The position numbers and the translations under genes were made by a program. From NCBI GenBank assembly GCA_035937855.1, contig DASZHL010000030.1:9278-73277 (forward strand): DNA of 64,000 nt. Reading direction: 5' to 3'. Shown here piece after piece: positions 58,779-64,000 of the stretch (positions within the stretch are counted from its first letter, which is position 1; the number at the start of each line of letters is the position of its first letter). The notes below the pieces were generated by a model. That model made no database searches. It saw nothing but the letters and a program-made list of their open reading frames with translations, and had not been told where the DNA came from. This DNA comes from Vulcanimicrobiaceae bacterium (lineage in GTDB: Bacteria > Vulcanimicrobiota > Vulcanimicrobiia > Vulcanimicrobiales > Vulcanimicrobiaceae).

Positions 58779-59124
58779 CCTCGATCACCGTACAAGTGAT
58801 ACGGGACATTTCATTTGGGGTTTTCTGACGGGGGCGCTGGTCGGAACGGCACTTGCGCTGGCCTTCTCTCCCAAGACCGGAGAGGAGACACGAGATCTTT
58901 TGCGGACAAAATCAGAAAAAGTAGGGAATATCGCCCGTGACGTGGCAGGAGATACGGGCGATCGTGCTCGAGCGATCGCTTGCGACCTTGGCGTTAGTGC
59001 TTCGAGTCTTTATGACCGAGGAAGGCAAATTCTCGCCGAGGCTCGTGAGCGGGTTGAATCTTCAATCGAAGAGGGCAAGTCAGCGGCAGCCGACGAACGA
59101 ACTCGACTTGAACAAGATGCCTAG
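58753..59124 (+). CDS. YtxH domain protein
   Basis: GFLTGALVGTALALAFSPKTGEETRDLL is the YtxH signature. Confidence 0.7.
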   Translation: MTDEKPNGNLDHRTSDTGHFIWGFLTGALVGTALALAFSPKTGEETRDLLRTKSEKVGNIARDVAGDTGDRARAIACDLGVSASSLYDRGRQILAEARERVESSIEEGKSAAADERTRLEQDA

Positions 59125-59479
59125 GAGTGAGTCTTTGGATATCACCGTCTCGGTTCGCAAGGCGAACGATCAGGTCCATGTCGTTGAAATCGGCGGCGAA
59201 ATCGACGTCTACACTTCACCGAAGGTGAAGGATGCCTTGGGCGAGTTGATCGACGGGGGAAGTTATTACCTCGTGATTAATCTCGAGAAGGTTCGCTATA
59301 TCGATTCGACAGGCTTAGGGGTTCTCATCGGCGGCCTAAAGCGCGTGCGCGAGCACGGCGGTTCTGTCAACCTCGTGTGCGTTAGTCCACAGATTCGGAA
59401 AATTTTTGACATCACCGGGTTGGTGAAGATCTTTGGAATTTTCCCGGACGAGCAGAGCGCGGTAAGCGCTTTGGCATGA
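59117..59479 (+). CDS. rsbV: anti-sigma factor antagonist (STAS, RsbV/SpoIIAA-like)
   Basis: VVEIGGEIDVYTSPKVKDAL...YIDSTGLGVLIG (phosphorylatable Ser in DSTGLG). Start at ATG 59117 in the longer track ORF. Confidence 0.85.
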   Translation: MPRSESLDITVSVRKANDQVHVVEIGGEIDVYTSPKVKDALGELIDGGSYYLVINLEKVRYIDSTGLGVLIGGLKRVREHGGSVNLVCVSPQIRKIFDITGLVKIFGIFPDEQSAVSALA

Positions 59480-59898
59480 AGGCCGTGTCAAAAGCCCAGG
59501 TGACACAGGGGCTTGTCGATCTACGCATTCCGGCAGCGGCGGAATGGGTCGCCGTTGCGCGCTTGGCTGTGGCGGCTGTTGCCAATCGATTGTCGTTCTC
59601 GTATGAAGAGATTGAGGACGTCAAGCTTGCTGTGGCCGAGGCATGCACCAATTGCATTCACTATGCGGCTCCCGGAGACGACATCGATATTCGTTGCGAA
59701 GTCCTCGTTCGCGAACTTCAAATTCGTGTACGCCATGCCGGTCCCAGCGGTGAGACCGACTCGCGGAATCGGGGGCCCGATGAGGCGATGGACGGCCTTG
59801 GTGTCTTTCTCATCCAGTCGCTCATGGATACGGTCGAATATACGATCGACCCGAAGACCGGTATTGAGCTACGGATGAGCAAGCGTTTGCCGGAGTAA
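59476..59898 (+). CDS. rsbW: anti-sigma factor / serine kinase (RsbW/SpoIIAB, HATPase_c)
   Basis: EACTNCIHYA (N-box) and DGLGVFLIQSLMD (G-box). 4-nt overlap with rsbV. Confidence 0.85.
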   Translation: MKAVSKAQVTQGLVDLRIPAAAEWVAVARLAVAAVANRLSFSYEEIEDVKLAVAEACTNCIHYAAPGDDIDIRCEVLVRELQIRVRHAGPSGETDSRNRGPDEAMDGLGVFLIQSLMDTVEYTIDPKTGIELRMSKRLPE

Positions 59899-59905
59899 TA
59901 CGCTC

Positions 59906-60757
59906 GTGGCGTGGCCCGTGCAGCGTTCCACTGAGCAAGATGAGGAGACGCCGTTTGCGCGTTTTAGCGAGCAGCGGCGTAAAATGGAAGTTTCTGATCC
60001 AAGTTTTGATCCGGTCGAATATCATCGACTGCGTGATGAACTGGTCGTCGGACAACTCAAGCTCGTACGGTACCTCGCTTCGAAATTTTCCAATCGTGGA
60101 GAACCGCTCGACGATTTGATCCAAGTCGGAGCCGTTGGTCTGCTCAAGGCGATCGATCGCTTCGATGCCGATCGAGGCGTTGGTTTCAGCACGTACGCGA
60201 TGCCGACGATCGTCGGCGAGATCAAGCGTTACTTTCGTGATAAAGGTTGGGCGTTGCGTGTTCCACGTCGTCTGCAGGAACTCAATCTTGCGGTAAATCG
60301 AACGATCGAACGCTTGACGATTGATCTGGGCCATTCGCCAACCGTCGAGGAGCTTGCAGCCGAACTCGAGAGCACGTCCGAATCGATCTTGGAAGCGCGT
60401 GAGTTGGGCGGCGCCTATAACCTGTTGTCGCTGGATAGCGAAGTCGTCTCCGACGGCGACAAGCGAAACCAAACACTCGGCGAAACGCTGCCCAGCGGTG
60501 AAACGGGTCTGGAATTCCTCGAAGAGAAGGCGATTCTGGAGCGTGCCTTCACGATCCTCACGCGGCGCGAGCGAATCATTCTCTTTCTGCGCTATTTCGA
60601 CAGTCTCTCGCAGACGGAGATTGCCAAGCGACTCGGACTTTCTCAGATGCACGTCTCCCGCCTTCAGAACAAAGCCTTGGAGAAAATGCGAAAGACGATC
60701 GAGGAGCCGCCGCTGCCCGGAGAGGACGAGCCGACCGAACCGTTTCCGCAAGGATGA
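59906..60757 (+). CDS. RNA polymerase sigma factor, SigB/SigF group
   Basis: DDLIQVGAVGLLKAIDRFD...GFSTYAMPTIVGEIKRYFRD (region 2) and SQTEIAKRLGLSQMHVSRLQNKAL (region 4). Confidence 0.9.
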   Translation: MAWPVQRSTEQDEETPFARFSEQRRKMEVSDPSFDPVEYHRLRDELVVGQLKLVRYLASKFSNRGEPLDDLIQVGAVGLLKAIDRFDADRGVGFSTYAMPTIVGEIKRYFRDKGWALRVPRRLQELNLAVNRTIERLTIDLGHSPTVEELAAELESTSESILEARELGGAYNLLSLDSEVVSDGDKRNQTLGETLPSGETGLEFLEEKAILERAFTILTRRERIILFLRYFDSLSQTEIAKRLGLSQMHVSRLQNKALEKMRKTIEEPPLPGEDEPTEPFPQG

Positions 60758-60788
60758 GCTCCGCCGATCGCGGAGAAAACACCCGGAA

Positions 60789-60902
60789 ATGACAAGTCAA
60801 GAGCTTCGCGCGTCCTTCGTGGACTTTTTTGTGAACCGAGGACATAAGCACATCTCCTCGGCTTCGCTTATCCCCGATCAGATGGCAACGACGCTCTTTA
60901 CG
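60789..60902 (+). pseudogene. alaS: 5' fragment (~38 codons) of an alanine--tRNA ligase gene
   Basis: MTSQELRASFVDFFVNRGHKHISSASLIPDQMATTLFT matches AlaRS N-termini (for example E. coli ...[39 protein letters not shown]). Similarity ends after TLFT. Confidence 0.6.
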
Positions 60903-61595
60903 ATCGCCATTGCGGCGGCCGTTATCCTTTTCATCCCGATGGAAGGGGTTTTCGCCGCGACGGCGCCTGGGGTTGTGCTCGCCAATTACGAATCGGCTCT
61001 CGCGCACCTTGCGGTGCCGGATGCTCAGACGTATTTTTATAACGTGGAGCAGGTCGGCGTCAGCAATCTTCTGGAGAATCATCGGATTTATCGAGACGGA
61101 ATGAGCGTCCGCGATGAAACTATTGTCCTCGACGGACACACGCTCAGCGTCCCGCTCGTGCGGGTGCTCTCCGCTCCAGATCGGTATGCTTTGACGAATC
61201 TTGCTCCAACGCCGGCACGGTACCAGTTTGATTTTGTGAGCACGGCACACTTGGGGAATGTGGTCGTCTATCTTTTTCGAACGACCTCGCTCGGTACGGC
61301 GGCCTTTACCGTTGACGAAGTTGCGATCGATGCTCGAACTTTTCTCCCTCGGACGATTCGCTTCCATAGCTCGGGCGTAGCTGCACGCGGTACCGGACTC
61401 TTAACCTATGCACCTGTCGGTAGCTCGTATTGGATGATTCAGTCAGCGGTGGCGCGGGCTCCCGTGGGCAGCCTTCAAACGCGCGAGTACATCACCTGGA
61501 GTGCGTATCAGTTCCCTCGTTCGCTTCCGCCCTCAACCTTTGGGCGATTCGCCCCTCTACCGGGCCTGGAAGGCAGTATACCATCGCCCCAATGA
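60789..61595 (+). CDS. hypothetical exported/LolA-like protein, in frame with the alaS fragment (real start possibly Met 60882)
   Basis: After the alaS-like 38 aa comes a hydrophobic segment IAIAAAVILFIPMEGVFAA, then ~230 aa with no AlaRS similarity. The N-terminal 156 codons of track ORF 60321..61595 overlap the sigma gene out of frame and were discarded. Confidence 0.5.
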   Translation: MTSQELRASFVDFFVNRGHKHISSASLIPDQMATTLFTIAIAAAVILFIPMEGVFAATAPGVVLANYESALAHLAVPDAQTYFYNVEQVGVSNLLENHRIYRDGMSVRDETIVLDGHTLSVPLVRVLSAPDRYALTNLAPTPARYQFDFVSTAHLGNVVVYLFRTTSLGTAAFTVDEVAIDARTFLPRTIRFHSSGVAARGTGLLTYAPVGSSYWMIQSAVARAPVGSLQTREYITWSAYQFPRSLPPSTFGRFAPLPGLEGSIPSPQ

Positions 61596-61667
61596 CGAAA
61601 ATACGCAATCTCGTCTAAGCTTGAAAAATTTCCCCGGCTTGTCGAGGAGGTACGTACGTCCGATTCC

Positions 61668-63881
61668 TTGTTTGATCGGCTCGCTTCGCTGGCGGCTCGA
61701 ATACTGAAGGTTCCAATCGCGAGCATCTCGCCCGCCCGCGCTGCCGCCTTGGGCTTTGAAGACGGACTTCGTGAGCGACTGAACCTAATCGAATCAGCGT
61801 TTTTCAAGGTTCCTTTGGCTCGAGCCCTCGTTCGTGCCGATCAGGACGTTCCCTCGAACCTGGTTGTGGAGATCGCAAATCAAGGCTGTGTCGATTTGTT
61901 CGCCACACCCCTTCAGGATATTGTGGGAAGCTCTTTGCCTGATGTGTTCCTCCCATTTGTCGAAGCGACCGATCGAGAACGTTTCGCGGCGGCTTTGCGT
62001 GAGGGAAGACCCTTCGAGTTGCAGCTCTCATGGTCGCGCGAGCCGCACCTGCGCTCGTGGCATACGGTAGCCGCATCGCCGTTTGAGTATGGGAAAAAGG
62101 AGACGATACACTGGCTGCTGACATTTCGGGATACCAGCGAAAGTGCGCTTCGCCGGTCCGCCGAGCGTCTTCGTTCGAGCGTCATGGAAATGCTCGTTCA
62201 TAATCCACCGCGTAGCGCGTTCGCTCAACGAGCGAGTGAATATATCAAGGAATGCTGGCCGAACGCCGTCGTAACATGGCTGTTGTATGTCGATGGAGGT
62301 TTGCGTGTCTTGCTCTCCGACCGTCCCGCAACCGAAGGTCTTCTCGGGGCGAATCGAGTTACCGATCGCACTCAAGCGACGCTGCAAAGTCACCGTCCGG
62401 AATTTTCGAACAACCCCTGGGCGGTACCGATCATCTCCACCACCGGCACGGTTCTCGGCGTTCTGCTTGTTGAGATCGAGACATGCGAGGTTGCGACCTC
62501 GATTCAGCGAGAAATTCTCGAACGGCTTGCCGAGACCGCCGCAAGTTTCTTGGAGCGCAAGAATGATCTGGAGCGGATTCATTTTCTCGCACTCCATGAT
62601 TCGCTAACAGGCTTACCAAACCGTGAATCTCTCTTGCGAGCGTTAAGGAAGATCGTGTTGCCAGACGACGCCACAGCCGATGAACTTGCGGTTGTGTTTA
62701 TCAACCTCGATCGCTTCAAATCGATCAATGATACCTTCGGCCACTTCGCCGGCGATCGGGTCTTGCAAGAGGTCGCTCAGCGCTTGCTCAAAGGCGTCCG
62801 TCCTGGCGATTTTGTCGCGCGTGTCGGCGATGCCGAGTTTGTTTGCCTCATTAACGTTGAGGGTTCGTCCTCGGACCTGCACGAGCGTATCGAACGAGTT
62901 CGAACCCGTTTGACCGAGCCGCTCTTGGTGCAGGGAACGGAGGTTCGCGTTCACCCCTCGATCGGCATAGCGCTCTTTCCGGAACATAGCTCCGATTCAG
63001 AAACGCTCCTACGTTTTGCGCAAGAAGCAATGTATGCGGCGCGCTCCTCAACGCGCGTAGTCGCCGTTCATAACTCGGGAGAAGTCGAAATACGCGATCG
63101 CTTCATCCTCCTCGATGCCGCTTTAGCGCGTGCGATTGAGGCAGGCGAGTTGAGTCTCCACTATCAACCGATCATCGATTTGACGACGTCGTCCGTGCAC
63201 GGGTATGAAGCACTCTTACGCTGGAAAAGCGAACGTTTCGGGGCCATTGCGCCCGATGAGTTCATACCGCTCGCCGAATATTCCGGTCTCATCATTCCCA
63301 TTGGAAAGTGGGTGATTGAGACTGCGTGCCGCCAGGCGGCGGCTTCGCTTTCAGAAAGCTCAGTAATGACGGTGAACGTCTCCGCCCGTCAGCTTGAGGA
63401 TCCGGATCTTTTGGAAGTCGTTCATGACGCGCTCGCCCGCAGCCGGTTGTCGGCGAAGTTCCTCGTGATCGAGCTCACCGAAAGTACGTTGATGCGTGTT
63501 CCCGAGCGGGCGTTGGCGACGATCCAAGAGCTGCGGAGTTTGGGAATCTCGGTCTGGATTGATGACTTTGGGACGGGATATTCGAGCTTGAAGGTGCTGA
63601 AGAACTTGCCGGTTGACGGTATGAAGATCGACCGGAGTTTCTTGAGCGACATTGTTGCTGCCGATCCGTCGAGTAAGGATTGCAAGATCGTCGCCGCGAT
63701 GGTCGACCTTGCCGATGCATTGGATCTGGATCTTGTCGCTGAAGGCATTGAGACGGTCGAGCAACTTCATTTCGTGCGCAAGGTCGGTTGCCGATACGCC
63801 CAAGGTTACCTACTCGGTGTCGCCAATCCACAAATAGTTGGGCCCGGTACGTCATTTGTGACGACAAGATCCTCAGGGTGA
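61668..63881 (+). CDS. PAS-GAF-GGDEF-EAL signalling protein (degenerate GGDEF, intact EAL)
   Basis: LTGLPNRESL...DRFKSINDTFGH.AGD...RVGDAEFV (GGDEF replaced by GDAEF). YEALLRW, ELTES, DDFGTGYSSL and EGIE are EAL motifs. Confidence 0.85.
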   Translation: MFDRLASLAARILKVPIASISPARAAALGFEDGLRERLNLIESAFFKVPLARALVRADQDVPSNLVVEIANQGCVDLFATPLQDIVGSSLPDVFLPFVEATDRERFAAALREGRPFELQLSWSREPHLRSWHTVAASPFEYGKKETIHWLLTFRDTSESALRRSAERLRSSVMEMLVHNPPRSAFAQRASEYIKECWPNAVVTWLLYVDGGLRVLLSDRPATEGLLGANRVTDRTQATLQSHRPEFSNNPWAVPIISTTGTVLGVLLVEIETCEVATSIQREILERLAETAASFLERKNDLERIHFLALHDSLTGLPNRESLLRALRKIVLPDDATADELAVVFINLDRFKSINDTFGHFAGDRVLQEVAQRLLKGVRPGDFVARVGDAEFVCLINVEGSSSDLHERIERVRTRLTEPLLVQGTEVRVHPSIGIALFPEHSSDSETLLRFAQEAMYAARSSTRVVAVHNSGEVEIRDRFILLDAALARAIEAGELSLHYQPIIDLTTSSVHGYEALLRWKSERFGAIAPDEFIPLAEYSGLIIPIGKWVIETACRQAAASLSESSVMTVNVSARQLEDPDLLEVVHDALARSRLSAKFLVIELTESTLMRVPERALATIQELRSLGISVWIDDFGTGYSSLKVLKNLPVDGMKIDRSFLSDIVAADPSSKDCKIVAAMVDLADALDLDLVAEGIETVEQLHFVRKVGCRYAQGYLLGVANPQIVGPGTSFVTTRSSG

Positions 63882-64000
63882 ACGGGGAATGGAATTCAAC
63901 GGACTTCTGCCGACGTGGGACGTTTAGAGCTTCGGCGACCCAGTCGCGAGTTATCTGCATCGTTCGCGCTTTTGCGCGACGCTTTTATGATCCGTGGTGA

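Noticed and set aside
63475-64000. ORFs 63475..63960 (minus) and 63788..64000 (plus) at the window end
   Set aside because: Both overlap the EAL domain gene or have junk-like Arg/Ser-rich translations. Nothing recognisable can be supported in the last ~120 nt.

Overview
64-kb window from a GC-rich bacterial chromosome. I saw no rRNA, tRNA or CRISPR array by eye. The backbone is housekeeping: partial metC, trmL and a C39-like peptidase; a peptide SBP / DUF1611 / enolase-superfamily epimerase operon; rpiB and glyA; dCMP deaminase, wecA-like, wecB and a complete F1Fo ATP synthase operon (atpZ, atpI, a, c, b', b, delta, alpha, gamma, beta, epsilon); murA, tsaC, an LptA-like gene, rarA, a cysteine desulfurase, DUF948, YtxH, then an rsbV-rsbW-sigB-like module and a PAS-GAF-GGDEF-EAL protein. 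The rpiB-glyA...atp...murA order resembles the Bacillus-type arrangement and is interrupted by visibly AT-richer accessory segments. (1) ~2.0-17.0 kb is an island with spare copies of essential enzymes (tyrS, def, a diverged murA-like gene), yhhQ with a possible preQ1 riboswitch, an APH-family kinase, an XRE-TPR regulator and very AT-rich orphan genes. It also holds a 2.35-kb direct duplication (conserved noncoding leader + DUF3800-like protein + FMN reductase; one reductase copy is a pseudogene) and an IS630-type transposase remnant at its right edge. (2) 24.4-33.1 kb holds a kinase-phosphatase gene and three Sel1-like repeat proteins, one with about 30 tandem SLR units. (3) 43.8-49.4 kb holds a secreted lectin/glycosidase lipoprotein, an AT-rich aldolase and isochorismatase pair, and an SDR. 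(4) 50.0-52.9 kb is a 2.65-kb insert with a RelE/ParE-like gene, a Phd-type antitoxin and an aldo-keto reductase. It is bracketed by 104-bp direct repeats that duplicate the murA promoter and first codons. Other oddities are a 38-codon alaS 5' fragment fused to an unrelated ORF and a ~560-bp ORF-free, hairpin-rich gap. The best candidates for something undescribed are the duplicated leader + DUF3800-like + reductase module and the AT-rich 75-aa/422-aa orphan pair. All calls come from reading the ORF translations and sequence by eye; no searches or computations were run.
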